Shown here one piece after another: positions 53,060-63,768 of a DNA stretch of 64,000 nt. The position numbers were made by a program, and so were the translations under genes. The first letter of the stretch is position 1, and each line of letters opens with the position of its first letter. This DNA comes from Patescibacteria group bacterium (lineage in GTDB: Bacteria; Patescibacteriota; Patescibacteriia; UBA1558; UBA10009). A model generated the notes under the pieces. The model saw nothing but the letters and a program-made list of their open reading frames with translations, searched no databases and was not told the DNA's origin. Location of the stretch: assembly GCA_041662565.1 (NCBI GenBank), contig JBAZSE010000001.1, positions 257,084-321,083 on the forward strand. The letters are read 5' to 3'.

Positions 53060-53512
53060 ATGAAGAAAATATTATTGTATGTTGTTATCGCGGTAGTTGT
53101 GGCCGGTGCTGGCGGTTTTTATGGCGGAATAAAATATAACCAGGTCAAGTCAGACGCTGCCTTTGCCAAGGGCAATCTTCAAAATTTCCGAACCGGTTCA
53201 GGCGCTGGATTAATAGGTGGTCGTGGCAATGGCGCTATTAACGGTGGGTTTTTAAGCGGTGAAATTATAGCTAAAGATGATAAAAGCATGACTCTTAAAT
53301 TAAGAGACGGCGGTTCTAAAATAGTTTTTTATAGTTTAACCACCGAAGTAAGTAAATTTGATGCGGGTACGGCTGATGATTTAGTTATCGGCCAAACCGT
53401 ATCGGTGAATGGTAAGGTTAATACTGACGGCACCGTAGTGGCTCAATCTGTTCAGATTAGGCCAGCTATGCCAATCGTTAATCCGGTTAATAATGTGGTT
53501 CAGCCAAAATAA
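53060..53512 (+). CDS. membrane-anchored hypothetical protein (DUF5666-like)
   Basis: N-terminal TM anchor and a Gly-rich linker. Terminator at 53615-53655. Confidence 0.35.
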   Translation: MKKILLYVVIAVVVAGAGGFYGGIKYNQVKSDAAFAKGNLQNFRTGSGAGLIGGRGNGAINGGFLSGEIIAKDDKSMTLKLRDGGSKIVFYSLTTEVSKFDAGTADDLVIGQTVSVNGKVNTDGTVVAQSVQIRPAMPIVNPVNNVVQPK

Positions 53513-53663
53513 TTAAATTTTGGTATTTATTAAGATGGTGGTCAAAGTTTGTTTATGCAGAATTTAGGTAGTTTAAAAATCGGTGAATTATAAAAAGGGA
53601 TTTGAGTATTATAAAACCCCGCTTCGAGCATAGCTGAGAAGCGGGGTTTAATTTTAGCAGTTA

Positions 53664-54221
53664 TTATTCAACAATCAAATTGCCTTTCATGCCCATAGCG
53701 CGATGCTGTCCAACGGAACAGTAATATTCAAAAGTTCCTGTTTTATCGGCTGTAAAGGTAACTTCGGTTTGTTGATTGGCTTTAAGTTGAGCGCTTTTAA
53801 CGTTAAATTCATCAATCAAAATATCATGAAAACCTTCCTGATTATCCAAAATGATTTTTACGATATCACCATTGTTAACCCTAATTTCAGGCAAGGAAAA
53901 GGAAAAGTTTTTGGCTATTACGGTAAAAGTTTTTACCTCTTGGGTTGTTTTAGAAGGTTGTTCCGGGTTAACAATTGCTTCGTTAACGTTACCTGATTGA
54001 CCTTCTTCCAAAGCGGGCATTTGTTGATTAATCGGATTTTGTTCTTGGTTTTGATTTAAATCCTGAGTATTGGGTTGGGCTGATTTTTTTTCTTCAGATT
54101 GGTTGGACATTTTGCTAATGGCCAAAATAGACGAAACAACTACCACGATCACGATTGCCGCAATAACAATAGCGGTTGATTTGCTGGAGGGATCTACTGG
54201 CTGAGGAATATTTTCTTCCAT
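53664..54221 (-). CDS. cupredoxin (type 1 blue copper, plastocyanin/amicyanin-like), membrane anchored
   Basis: C-terminal ligand set H...C-x4-H-x4-M (FHDI...YYCSVGQHRAMGM), plus an N-terminal TM helix. Confidence 0.75.
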   Translation of the reverse strand: MEENIPQPVDPSSKSTAIVIAAIVIVVVVSSILAISKMSNQSEEKKSAQPNTQDLNQNQEQNPINQQMPALEEGQSGNVNEAIVNPEQPSKTTQEVKTFTVIAKNFSFSLPEIRVNNGDIVKIILDNQEGFHDILIDEFNVKSAQLKANQQTEVTFTADKTGTFEYYCSVGQHRAMGMKGNLIVE

Positions 54222-54392
54222 ATGTATAAAAAAATTAATTATTAATCAAGTTATCCCCAATTTTTTGAATTTTTATTTTGAGGTGAGGGTATGATATCAT
54301 TTTTTTGCTTTTTCATCAAGTGATTTTTTTGCTACATCGCCCTTTTTGTGGTTATATGCTAAAATTAATGGGTAATTTTTTAATTTTAAAAA

Positions 54393-54992
54393 ATGAAAAA
54401 AAACCATATTTATACGGCTATATTACTGGCAGTTCTACTAATTGTCGGTTTTAGCTGGTTTTGGAGAAATCAAGGCAACAGTACCCAACAAACAGCGGTT
54501 GATCAAGCTGATCAAGAAGCGCAATCTGTAGAAAGAACAATCACTAAAACTTCTTTTAATATTTTGGCCCCTACCGGTTGGGCCGAAATTGTTGCTCCGG
54601 CCAATACCAGTTTGTTGATTGTAAATACCGCCGAAAAATTTCCCAACCCTATTTTGGAAAAATTGAATTTTAAAACCTATTACGCTTTAACCGATAAATC
54701 CTTAAACGGTTCGGATTTGAGCGGTTTTATTGCCGAAACCAAAACCCAACTTGCCGGTCTGTATCCTTTAATGAAGCTTGAGCCCTTACCCAGCCGTTTG
54801 GTTAATGGGAAAGAGGTAAAAATTTTTGGCGGTGAAATGGTGGAGCAAGGCGCGCAGTTTAAAATGATGCTGGCATTTTTTGCGGGAAAAAATAATGATG
54901 CTTGGACGCTAAGCTTTAACACAGGTGCTGATAATTGGGAAGTGTACCAACCCGTTATTAATAGTGTTATTGATTCTTTCAAGCTAAACTAA
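54393..54992 (+). CDS. secreted hypothetical protein
   Basis: Signal anchor. 199 aa. Confidence 0.3.
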   Translation: MKKNHIYTAILLAVLLIVGFSWFWRNQGNSTQQTAVDQADQEAQSVERTITKTSFNILAPTGWAEIVAPANTSLLIVNTAEKFPNPILEKLNFKTYYALTDKSLNGSDLSGFIAETKTQLAGLYPLMKLEPLPSRLVNGKEVKIFGGEMVEQGAQFKMMLAFFAGKNNDAWTLSFNTGADNWEVYQPVINSVIDSFKLN

Positions 54993-55018
54993 CGGCTTAA
55001 TAATTATTTAATAAAAGT

Positions 55019-55249
55019 ATGTTAGCTAATTTAGGTTTAATTTTAATTATTTTGGGTTGGCTGTACCAGCTTAGTTGGATTTTAAAATCCCAAAAAGAAA
55101 TCCAGACCGGTTTTTTAACGCTTTACGGCCTGGGAGTTTTACTTCTGATAATTGATGGATTTTACAGCGAAGCCAAAGTATTAGCTTGGTTGAATTTGAT
55201 TATTTTGGGAATTATTTTTTTAATTCGGCAAAGGGTTTCGAAAAGGTAA
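55019..55249 (+). CDS. small 2-TM membrane protein
   Basis: 76-aa hydrophobic ORF. Confidence 0.25.
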   Translation: MLANLGLILIILGWLYQLSWILKSQKEIQTGFLTLYGLGVLLLIIDGFYSEAKVLAWLNLIILGIIFLIRQRVSKR

Positions 55250-56417
55250 ACCAAATTACGGCAATTATTGAAGTTAGGGCGCCAAATAAGAAAGGCGCGC
55301 TCGGGTTAAGGTATTTCCATAATAAGCCGGCTCCAAAAGAAGCAAAAAAGACGCAAAAACCTGTTAGCATTAAATAGGCACCCAATGCTGTGCCTATTTT
55401 TTCTTTTGGAACCATTTTGGCAATGTAGGCCTTGCTAATCCCATCGGTTAAAGCCATGTAAATTCCATAAATGGGGAATAAAAACCAAATCCAAAGATCA
55501 TTTTTTATCAAACCCAAACTAAGATAAACCAAAGCAAAGAGCCAATAGCCCAAGGTTAAGATTTTTTTGGCGCCGATTTTATCCGCAATAATGCCAGCCG
55601 GGTAAGAAAATAAAGAATAAGTTAAATTGAATAAAACGTAAGCGGAAACGGTTAAGGTAGCGGCCAGGCCCAAATCAATGGCTCTTAAAATTAAAAAAGC
55701 ATCGGAGCTGTTGCCAATGGCAAAAATTATTGAAATCAGCAGAAATTTTTTAAAAGCCGGGTCTAGTTCTTTCCAGGAAAATTTGTAATTGGCTATTAAG
55801 GGCTTATTTAATCCGCTGGGTGCTTTTTCTTTGATTTTTTCTTTAACAAACAACAAAAGCAAAATGACGCCGATGGTAGAAGGGATGCCGGCCAAAAAGA
55901 AAATCAATCTAAAATTATTTTGATATAAAAAAATAAGCAATAAAGCCAAGATGGGGCCGATAACAGCTCCTAAAGAATCCATGGAGCGATGCAAGCCAAA
56001 GGCCCGGCCTTGGTTTTGGGGTTCTACCGAATCTATTATCAGAGCGTCTCTGGCCGCCGTTCTAGTGCCTTTGCCAAAGCGATCTAAAAAGCGGGCAAAT
56101 AAAACAAACGGCCAAGCGTGCGCCAGGCCGATTAAAAATTTGGAAGCAGCGGATAATGAATAGCCCACGGCCACAAAGATTTTTCTTTTTTGTAAGCGGT
56201 CCGATAACCAACCAGAAATCATTTTTAGCAAGCTGGCGGTTGATTCGGCCGCGCCTTCAATTAAGCCCACGGCCGTGGCCGGGGCGCCCAAAACCGTAGT
56301 TAAAAAAATCGGAACAATCGGATAAATCATTTCCGAAGAAATATCGTTAAATAAGCTGACCAAACCCATGATTTTAACATTCCTGGGCATGGTTATTTTT
56401 TTTGGATTTTCCATCAT
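55212..56417 (-). CDS. MFS transporter
   Basis: 401 aa, 12 TM, with MFS loop motifs (GWLSDRLQKRK). Confidence 0.75.
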   Translation of the reverse strand: MMENPKKITMPRNVKIMGLVSLFNDISSEMIYPIVPIFLTTVLGAPATAVGLIEGAAESTASLLKMISGWLSDRLQKRKIFVAVGYSLSAASKFLIGLAHAWPFVLFARFLDRFGKGTRTAARDALIIDSVEPQNQGRAFGLHRSMDSLGAVIGPILALLLIFLYQNNFRLIFFLAGIPSTIGVILLLLFVKEKIKEKAPSGLNKPLIANYKFSWKELDPAFKKFLLISIIFAIGNSSDAFLILRAIDLGLAATLTVSAYVLFNLTYSLFSYPAGIIADKIGAKKILTLGYWLFALVYLSLGLIKNDLWIWFLFPIYGIYMALTDGISKAYIAKMVPKEKIGTALGAYLMLTGFCVFFASFGAGLLWKYLNPSAPFLFGALTSIIAVIWFTFSKPFAELKK

Positions 56418-56531
56418 AAAAGTTGGTTAGGTAATTGATTATATTTTAACCGTAATAAGCCAGGCGGTCAATGTTGTGATAGTTGTTAAGTTGATATATA
56501 ATAAAGAAAATAATCATTAATCATCAATTTT

Positions 56532-56930
56532 ATGCAGGGATATCACGGCAATGTTGAACAATTAACTTTAGCTAACGAAAATTTTAGGCAAGTATTATAT
56601 ACTGCCGAACATTCCCAATTGGTTTTAATGTCACTTAAGCCTAATGAGGAAATTGGCGAGGAAATTCACCAAGAAAATGATCAGTTTTTCCGTTTTGAAG
56701 CAGGGGAGGGCAAGGCAATAATTGACGGTAATGAATATGAATTGGTTGACGGTGATGTTATTATCGTACCGGCGGGCGCCAAACATAATATTATTAACAC
56801 CTCAGCTAGCCAATCTCTCAAACTATATACCTTATATTGCCCAGCTCACCACCGCGATGGCGTGATTCACGCCACCAAAGAGCAGGCCCAAGGAGACGAT
56901 GAAGAATTTGATGGCCAGACAACGGAATAA
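56532..56930 (+). CDS. cupin-2 domain protein
   Basis: EEIHQENDQFFRFEAGEG...GDVIIVPAGAKHNI cupin barrel motifs. Confidence 0.6.
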   Translation: MQGYHGNVEQLTLANENFRQVLYTAEHSQLVLMSLKPNEEIGEEIHQENDQFFRFEAGEGKAIIDGNEYELVDGDVIIVPAGAKHNIINTSASQSLKLYTLYCPAHHRDGVIHATKEQAQGDDEEFDGQTTE

Positions 56931-57535
56931 TGAATAAACTATTCAAAGTTAAACATCTAAACAATCAATATTATATTTTGCGCCATGGCCAAAGCAAGGC
57001 CAATGTTTTAGGTTTAATTGTTAGCCAGCCAAAAAATGCTTTAAATAAATTTGGTTTAACCCCCATTGGCCGTAAACAAGTTGTTAAATCAATAAGCCGA
57101 GTTAAACTTTTGTTAAATGATCCGATCATTTATAGTTCTGATTTTTTAAGAACCAAGCAAACCGCTCAAATTGCTCAAAAAATATTAAAAGTTAAAAAAA
57201 TAACTTTAACTCCTTTGCTTAGAGAAAGAAATTTTGGCCAACTGGAATTAACCAGCCATGTTAATTATCCCAAAGTTTGGGTTTATGATCGTCAAAGCCC
57301 GCGTTTGCACGGGCATGGCGCGGAAAGCGTGGCGGAAGTTATTAAACGATTAATAAAGTTAATCGGCCGATTGGAAAAAAAATATCAAGGCCGGAAAATT
57401 TTATTGGTCAGCCATGGCGATCCGTTAAAAATTTTACGAGGCGTTTTTAAAGGATTAAAAAATCCTTTTGTTAGGCGAATTAAAGAAATCGCCGTTGCTC
57501 AATTTATCCGTTTAAGCTTAAGCTCTAAAAATTAA
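56930..57535 (+). CDS. histidine phosphatase family protein (phosphoglycerate mutase-like)
   Basis: RHG motif YILRHGQSKAN and a later SHG region. Confidence 0.75.
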   Translation: MNKLFKVKHLNNQYYILRHGQSKANVLGLIVSQPKNALNKFGLTPIGRKQVVKSISRVKLLLNDPIIYSSDFLRTKQTAQIAQKILKVKKITLTPLLRERNFGQLELTSHVNYPKVWVYDRQSPRLHGHGAESVAEVIKRLIKLIGRLEKKYQGRKILLVSHGDPLKILRGVFKGLKNPFVRRIKEIAVAQFIRLSLSSKN

Positions 57536-57689
57536 TCTCTTTCTTAAAAACCTTACTCTGCCTTAGTAATAAAGCCCTAAAATGGGCTTTATTTTAATAT
57601 TTGTGCATAAGTATCTTGATTTTTTCCGGCTTTTCTGTATAATGATGGAATTTCAGAGGTAGAGTGATTTCTGATTATTAATATTATTT

Positions 57690-59213
57690 ATGGATTCAAC
57701 CGATAGTTTTTTAGCCCTTAAAGATAAGGTATTAAGCAAAAAGCCGATTTTAAGAGAAATTTTAGCCAAGCACGGCAGTAAGAGCTTATTTGATTATGTT
57801 AAGGGCTATATCAGCGTTAATTTAAATCCCCCGATAAAATCTCGGCAAAACGAGCTGATCGGAACAATTAAAGAAGAGGTGGGCAAGCTGTTAGGCAAGC
57901 AAGCCGGCCAAAGCGTGGCTAACCAACTAAAGCGGTATTATTACGTTTCCACCGCCGATCATCATGGGCCAATCTGCCATCCTTTCTTTTTATCATCCAA
58001 TTTAATATCTGCCGCGCCTTATTTTGAACAGGGCGATACCGTGTTAAATAACGTTATTGTTTTATCTTGCGGCAATGTTTCTTTAAATAACTCCTCTTTT
58101 CCGAGGGGTTTGATTTTTAATGCTTTAGGTAAAAACGGCTTGGCCTTGCACCAACTGCCTTTTTCTTCGGCTCAATACAGGCAATGTCCGGTTTTTAATT
58201 TTCCCAAATATACGGAAGAAAATATTACCAGCACCTTTAAATTGCTTTATGAAAAGGTGCAAAGCGGAGAGTTGACCCAAGCAGTTGCCGAAAAAGCCGT
58301 TGGCTTACTGGAAGAAATTTATTTAAAGCCGGATGTGCTGGAGGCTAATGATTATTCGGAACAGATAACCAAAACCAATTTTACTCTGTGGCAAAAATTT
58401 TTTAATGCCATGAAAATCAAGCACGCACCGAACTTGATTTATTTGGAGCAAGAAAGTTTGGTTAATCGGTTGCTGATCAACCATCATTTATTTGAAGATA
58501 CGGTTATTAGTCGGATGATTTTTGATCCTTCATTTGAAAAATTGATCTTAAAATATTTTGATAATATCCAAGGAGCTTTTTCCGTTGCCGAGGGCTGGGG
58601 TACTTATTTTTTCTGGGCTTTGCCTAAAGGCGCTAAATACCGTTTGCAACTGTTTAAGCAAGGCAATTATCTGGCTTCCGCTGATGGTTCTTATAAAGTC
58701 GCTTTAACTCCCGATGGTTTGTATCAGGCCTTGGTTAAAAAAGAACTGATCCCCAGCATGATGATGTGCTATGTCTTATTGACTTTTTATTACGGCCTTA
58801 AGTGTTTGGGCGGTTTTAGCCAGGTAAATTATTTAACTTTCATGAAAAAGGCCTATATTAAAATGCAGGCCGATAGAGGCAAGTTTAAAAGCATTGAACT
58901 GTGTGCCCGTGTTCAAACCAAAGAAATGGGCGGTGATTTTACTTTGGCATTTTTATCAGGCGGCCAGGCCGGCTTGGTGCCGGCTACGGGTTTGGATTTA
59001 TTGCTTTACGGGGATGAAAAAACTTGGCCCTGTTTGGTTAATGAATCCAAAAATATTACTTTGGAAGAAGCCATTAATCCGCTTTTGCCGGAATTTTATC
59101 GGATTATCTATCCCGAAAACATGCGCACTCCGGAATTAATGGAATTATCCTCTCAAGAAATTTCCCGTTTGACTTATTTGGAGAAAAAAATCAGCCCCTG
59201 CGTGACTTTATAA
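57690..59213 (+). CDS. hypothetical protein, 507 aa
   Basis: Long ORF with no recognisable motif by eye. Confidence 0.35.
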   Translation: MDSTDSFLALKDKVLSKKPILREILAKHGSKSLFDYVKGYISVNLNPPIKSRQNELIGTIKEEVGKLLGKQAGQSVANQLKRYYYVSTADHHGPICHPFFLSSNLISAAPYFEQGDTVLNNVIVLSCGNVSLNNSSFPRGLIFNALGKNGLALHQLPFSSAQYRQCPVFNFPKYTEENITSTFKLLYEKVQSGELTQAVAEKAVGLLEEIYLKPDVLEANDYSEQITKTNFTLWQKFFNAMKIKHAPNLIYLEQESLVNRLLINHHLFEDTVISRMIFDPSFEKLILKYFDNIQGAFSVAEGWGTYFFWALPKGAKYRLQLFKQGNYLASADGSYKVALTPDGLYQALVKKELIPSMMMCYVLLTFYYGLKCLGGFSQVNYLTFMKKAYIKMQADRGKFKSIELCARVQTKEMGGDFTLAFLSGGQAGLVPATGLDLLLYGDEKTWPCLVNESKNITLEEAINPLLPEFYRIIYPENMRTPELMELSSQEISRLTYLEKKISPCVTL

Positions 59214-59336
59214 TTGGCTGTTAAATGGCATATTTTTTGATTTAAGATTCGGTCAAGATTTGCCTTTTTTGTCAATCTCTGTTATTTTACAAGGTATTGT
59301 TTAAATTACTGCCAATTATTGGCTTGTTTTTCAAAT

Positions 59337-61625
59337 ATGCCTGATGATTTAATTATTGTAGAATCGCCAACCAAGGCCAAAACCATTGCCAAATTTTTAG
59401 GCAAAGGTTTTAAGGTTGAATCATCTTACGGCCATGTTAGAGATTTGCCCAAGAGTAAAATGGGCGTGGATATTGAGCATGATTTTACTCCGGCTTACAT
59501 CATTCCCACCAAGGCCAAAAAAAAGGTCAGTGAATTAAAAAAATTGGCCGCTAAAGCGAAAAATATCTATTACGCGACTGATGAGGACCGTGAAGGCGAA
59601 GCCATTTCTTGGCATTTGGATTATTTATTCGGTTCACCCAAAAACGCTTCCAGAATAGCTTTTCATGAAATTACCAAAACAGCGATCGAAAACGCTTTAG
59701 CCAACCCGCGGAGCATTAGGATTGATTTGGTTAACGCTCAGCAAGCTAGGCGCATTTTGGATCGGCTGGTGGGCTACGAGCTTTCTCCTTTATTATGGAA
59801 AAAGGTAGCCAGAGGCCTTTCGGCCGGCCGAGTGCAATCGGTTGCCGTTCGTTTGGTGGTAGAGCGCGAACGGGAAATTCTGGCTTTTAATAAAGAAGAG
59901 TATTGGACTATAGAAGCCGTTTTTTCCAAAAGTGGTTCGACTGCGCTCACCACAGGCGGACAGAATTTTTCGGCTATTTTGCACAGTTCTGAAGGTAAAA
60001 AATTGGAAAAGTTTGATTTAACAACTGCCGAACAAGCAAGTAAAATAGTTGAATCCATTAAGCGGGATAATTTTTCAGTAGAAAATATTGAACAAAAAGA
60101 GACCTTTAAAAATCCGCCAACGCCACTGACCACTTCCACCTTGCAACAACGCGCCAATCGTATGTTGGGTTTTTCGGCTAAGCAAACCATGGTCCTGGCT
60201 CAGCAATTATATGAAGGTTTGGATTTGGGTGATAAAGGTTCGGCTGGTTTGATAACTTACATGAGAACCGATTCGCTTAATTTATCGGAACAGTTTTTAA
60301 TTGATGCTCAAGAGGTGATTAAAAATAGGTTTGGTGCCGAATATGCCCAAGGCATAAAAAAATATACCGCTAAATCAAAACTGGCCCAAGAAGCCCATGA
60401 AGCCATTAGGCCGACCAATCCGGCATTTTTTCCTGAAGAAATAAAAGAATTTTTGGATCCCAGGCAATATAAATTGTACGATTTAATTTGGCGCCGAACC
60501 ATGGCTTCGCAAATGCCGCCGGCTAAAGTTTTTAATACTACCGTAGATTTAACCGACGGTGCTGATCATATTTTTAGAGCCAGCGGCTCGGTTATCACCT
60601 TTGAAGGTTTTTTGAAAGTTTTACCTCAAGCAGGAGATAAGGAGATTTTACCTTCTTTGGTTCAGGGCGATTTGGTTAAAACAGAAAGCTTGGAACCCTT
60701 ACAACATTTTACCGAACCGCCGGCTAGGTATAGTGAAGCCAGTTTAATTAAGGCCCTGGAAGAATACGGCATTGGTCGCCCTTCCACTTACGCTCCTACC
60801 ATTGCTACTATTCAAGATCGCAATTACGTTAATCTGGAAGAAAAAAAACTAAAGCCAACCGAAATCGGTTTGGTGGTTAATGATTTGCTGGTGGAAAATT
60901 TTCCTAACATCGTTGATTATTCTTTTACCGCCAGAGTGGAAGATGAGTTTGATAAAATCGCCGAAGGCGAAGAGGATTGGGTTAAAATGCTTAAAGAGTT
61001 TTACGGGCCGTTCCACGAAAATTTATTAGCAAAAGCAGAAACTGTCAGCAAAGAAAGCACCGTGGGCATGCGAGAACTGGGAGCGGATCCGGAGTCGGGC
61101 AAAATGATTTACGTGCGCATGGGCCGGTTTGGGCCGTTTGTGCAAAAGGGCGCCGGTGAAAACGATGAAAAACCCAAGTTTGCTCCTTTAAAAAAAGGAC
61201 AAAGCCAGGCGGACTTAACATTAGCCGATGCCGTGGAACTTTTTAAAATTCCCCGCGTTTTAGGCAAAACAGAAAACGGTGAAGAAGTTATAGTTAATCG
61301 CGGTCGTTTTGGCCCTTATGTTAAAATTGGTTTGCAGAATTTTTCTTTAAAAGATGAAGATCCTTATACGGTAACACTGGAAGAAGCGTTGAATGCCATT
61401 AAAGAACAGCAAGAAAAAAAAGCCAATCGCTTAATTAAAGATTGGCCCGAAGCAACGGTGCAAGTTTTAAACGGCCGGTTTGGCCCGTATATTACCGATG
61501 GCAAAAAAAATGCCAAGATTCCCAAAGAAACAGATCCCGCCAGCTTAACTTTGGAAATTTGCCAAGAACTTTTGGCTAAAGCCCCAATCAGAAGAGCTCG
61601 GTATGTGAGAAAAGGAAAAAAGTAG
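59337..61625 (+). CDS. topA: DNA topoisomerase I
   Basis: Toprim N-terminus (IIVESPTKAKTI...DEDREGE), active-site Tyr region, and C-terminal repeated GRFGPY/GRFGPF zinc-ribbon-like motifs. Confidence 0.95.
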   Translation: MPDDLIIVESPTKAKTIAKFLGKGFKVESSYGHVRDLPKSKMGVDIEHDFTPAYIIPTKAKKKVSELKKLAAKAKNIYYATDEDREGEAISWHLDYLFGSPKNASRIAFHEITKTAIENALANPRSIRIDLVNAQQARRILDRLVGYELSPLLWKKVARGLSAGRVQSVAVRLVVEREREILAFNKEEYWTIEAVFSKSGSTALTTGGQNFSAILHSSEGKKLEKFDLTTAEQASKIVESIKRDNFSVENIEQKETFKNPPTPLTTSTLQQRANRMLGFSAKQTMVLAQQLYEGLDLGDKGSAGLITYMRTDSLNLSEQFLIDAQEVIKNRFGAEYAQGIKKYTAKSKLAQEAHEAIRPTNPAFFPEEIKEFLDPRQYKLYDLIWRRTMASQMPPAKVFNTTVDLTDGADHIFRASGSVITFEGFLKVLPQAGDKEILPSLVQGDLVKTESLEPLQHFTEPPARYSEASLIKALEEYGIGRPSTYAPTIATIQDRNYVNLEEKKLKPTEIGLVVNDLLVENFPNIVDYSFTARVEDEFDKIAEGEEDWVKMLKEFYGPFHENLLAKAETVSKESTVGMRELGADPESGKMIYVRMGRFGPFVQKGAGENDEKPKFAPLKKGQSQADLTLADAVELFKIPRVLGKTENGEEVIVNRGRFGPYVKIGLQNFSLKDEDPYTVTLEEALNAIKEQQEKKANRLIKDWPEATVQVLNGRFGPYITDGKKNAKIPKETDPASLTLEICQELLAKAPIRRARYVRKGKK

Positions 61626-61697
61626 GGCAGTTGACTTACATTAGGTTTTAATATATACTACTTTTCAATACAGTATTCCATTAATCTATATAATACT

Positions 61698-61931
61698 ATG
61701 TCTAGAGTTTGCCAGATTACCGGTCAAAAAACTTCTTCCGGCTGCACTGTCAGCCACAGCAAGCGCCAAGTAAAGCGCCAGGTTTTTTCTAATTTGCAAA
61801 GCAAAAGATTGCTTAATCCCGCTACCGGCAGGATGATGCGATTAACCGTTTCTACCAGCGCGCTTAAAACTTTGGCCAAATGGCAAAGAGCCGGCAAGAA
61901 ATACGATTTAAGCAAATTGATTAAAAACTAG
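61698..61931 (+). CDS. rpmB: 50S ribosomal protein L28
   Basis: MSRVCQITGQK...SHS.RQVKR pattern of bL28. Confidence 0.8.
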   Translation: MSRVCQITGQKTSSGCTVSHSKRQVKRQVFSNLQSKRLLNPATGRMMRLTVSTSALKTLAKWQRAGKKYDLSKLIKN

Positions 61932-62094
61932 TTCTTTTGAAAAAAAATCATAAAATCCTCACCTTAACGGTGGGGGTTTTTGATAAAAACCCAGTAAATA
62001 CTTATCCACTTTTAAGATGCTTCATTTTTCCCTTATTTTTTGCTATAATTTATCCACAAGTCGATAAAACCTTAATAAATAACCAAAATTTACT

Positions 62095-62376
62095 ATGGCC
62101 AAAATGACCAAGTCACAAATGCTCCAAAGTTTGGCTGACAGCACCCAAATGTCCAAAAAGGACCTGTCAACAGTTTTGGAAGCATTAACCTCCTTAGTTT
62201 ATAAGGAAGTTAAAACAAATGGCGAATGCACCATTCCGGGCATTGGCAAGTTAGTCAAAAAGCATCGCAGTGCCAGACAGGGCCGCAATCCTGCCACCGG
62301 CGCAACTATTCAGATTCCTGCCAAAACCGTGGTTAAGTTCAGGGTTTCCAAGGCAGCCAAGGACGCCATTTTGTAA
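62095..62376 (+). CDS. hup: DNA-binding protein HU
   Basis: MTKSQMLQSLA...GIGKL...RQGRNPATG: the HU/IHF fold signature. Terminator at 62391-62424. Confidence 0.9.
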   Translation: MAKMTKSQMLQSLADSTQMSKKDLSTVLEALTSLVYKEVKTNGECTIPGIGKLVKKHRSARQGRNPATGATIQIPAKTVVKFRVSKAAKDAIL

Positions 62377-62457
62377 TTTCGTCCAACTTTTTAAAAAACG
62401 GCGCTTGCTAAGCGCCGTTTTTTTGTTATACTGATAGTTGTAATTATCCGAACCATT

Positions 62458-63735
62458 ATGAAAAAAACTTTATTATTATCAGCTTTATTATCACTGGCTA
62501 TTTGGAGTTTATTTTCTGTAACTCCAACTAAAGCCCAAGAAGCCGCAGATGATTCGGCTGTTAACCAAACGGCTAAGCTTTATTTTTTTTACGGCGATGG
62601 CTGCCCGCATTGCGCTAAAGAGGAAGAGTTTATTAAACAGTTGTTATCCCAGGAAAATAATTTTAGCGTTGTTGCTTTTGAAGTTTGGAAAAATTCTCAA
62701 AACCGCGAGTTAATGGTAAAAGTGGGCGAGGCCCTGGGAGTTAACCCAACAGGCGTACCTTTTAATATTGTTGGTAAACAGAGTTTTACTGGTTATTTAA
62801 ATGATGAAACCAACGGCGAGCAAATCAGACAAATGCTACAATCATGTTTAGTTGAGCAATGCGAAGATGTGGTTGGCCAAATTATCGCCCAAACCGGTTT
62901 AGGCAAAGAAGATAAGAAAATTTTTAAAGAAGTTCAAAACGATCAGCCAAAAAACAATCAACCGGTTGCGGCTGGGCAGGATTTGCCTGAAACTCTAACC
63001 GTGCCGATTTTTGGGACATTGGATTTAAAAACCATTTCCTTGCCCGCCTTTACCATCATTATCGGTTTGCTGGATGGCTTTAATCCCTGCGCTATGTGGG
63101 TTTTGCTATTTTTAATTTCTTTACTGCTGGGAATGAAAAACCGTAAGCGAATGTGGATTTTAGGCGTAACTTTTATTTTAGCTTCGGCCGGGGTTTATTT
63201 TTTGGTCATGGCCGCCTGGCTTAATGTTTTGTTATTGCTCGGGTTTATTATCTGGCTAAGATACGGCATCGGTTTGGTAGCTTTGTTTAGCGGTTTTTAC
63301 CATTTAAGGAGTTTTTCTAAAAATAAAGTCGGCGAATGCGAGGTTACCGATACTCAAAAGCGCCGCCGTTTTTTTGATAAACTTAAAGAAATCACTCAAT
63401 CCAGCCATTGGCTCTTGGCTTTGGGCGGGATTATTATTTTAGCTGCTTCGGTTAATTTGGTGGAGTTGCTGTGTTCGGCCGGTTTGCCTGCGGTTTATAC
63501 CCAGGTGTTAACCATGAATAATTTATCCATGCCCGCTTATTACGGTTACATCCTGTTTTATCTGTTCTTTTTTATGTTGGATGATTTAGCCGTTTTTTTC
63601 ATTGCCATGGTAACTTTGCGCGGCGTAGGTATGTCGGGCAAATACAATCGTTGGTCTTCTTTAATTGGCGGAATTTTAATGCTCTTAATCGGCGTTTTGT
63701 TAATTTTTAAGCCCGGTTGGCTAATGTTTGGGTAA
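62458..63735 (+). CDS. thiol:disulfide interchange protein: N-terminal thioredoxin-like (CPHC) domain fused to a CcdA/DsbD-type TM domain
   Basis: Signal peptide, then YFFYGDGCPHCAKEE (CxxC). The C-terminal 6-TM domain has the conserved Cys pattern NPCAMW. Confidence 0.7.
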   Translation: MKKTLLLSALLSLAIWSLFSVTPTKAQEAADDSAVNQTAKLYFFYGDGCPHCAKEEEFIKQLLSQENNFSVVAFEVWKNSQNRELMVKVGEALGVNPTGVPFNIVGKQSFTGYLNDETNGEQIRQMLQSCLVEQCEDVVGQIIAQTGLGKEDKKIFKEVQNDQPKNNQPVAAGQDLPETLTVPIFGTLDLKTISLPAFTIIIGLLDGFNPCAMWVLLFLISLLLGMKNRKRMWILGVTFILASAGVYFLVMAAWLNVLLLLGFIIWLRYGIGLVALFSGFYHLRSFSKNKVGECEVTDTQKRRRFFDKLKEITQSSHWLLALGGIIILAASVNLVELLCSAGLPAVYTQVLTMNNLSMPAYYGYILFYLFFFMLDDLAVFFIAMVTLRGVGMSGKYNRWSSLIGGILMLLIGVLLIFKPGWLMFG

Positions 63736-63768
63736 ACATTTCTTGGCTAAAAAATTTAACTACGGCGT

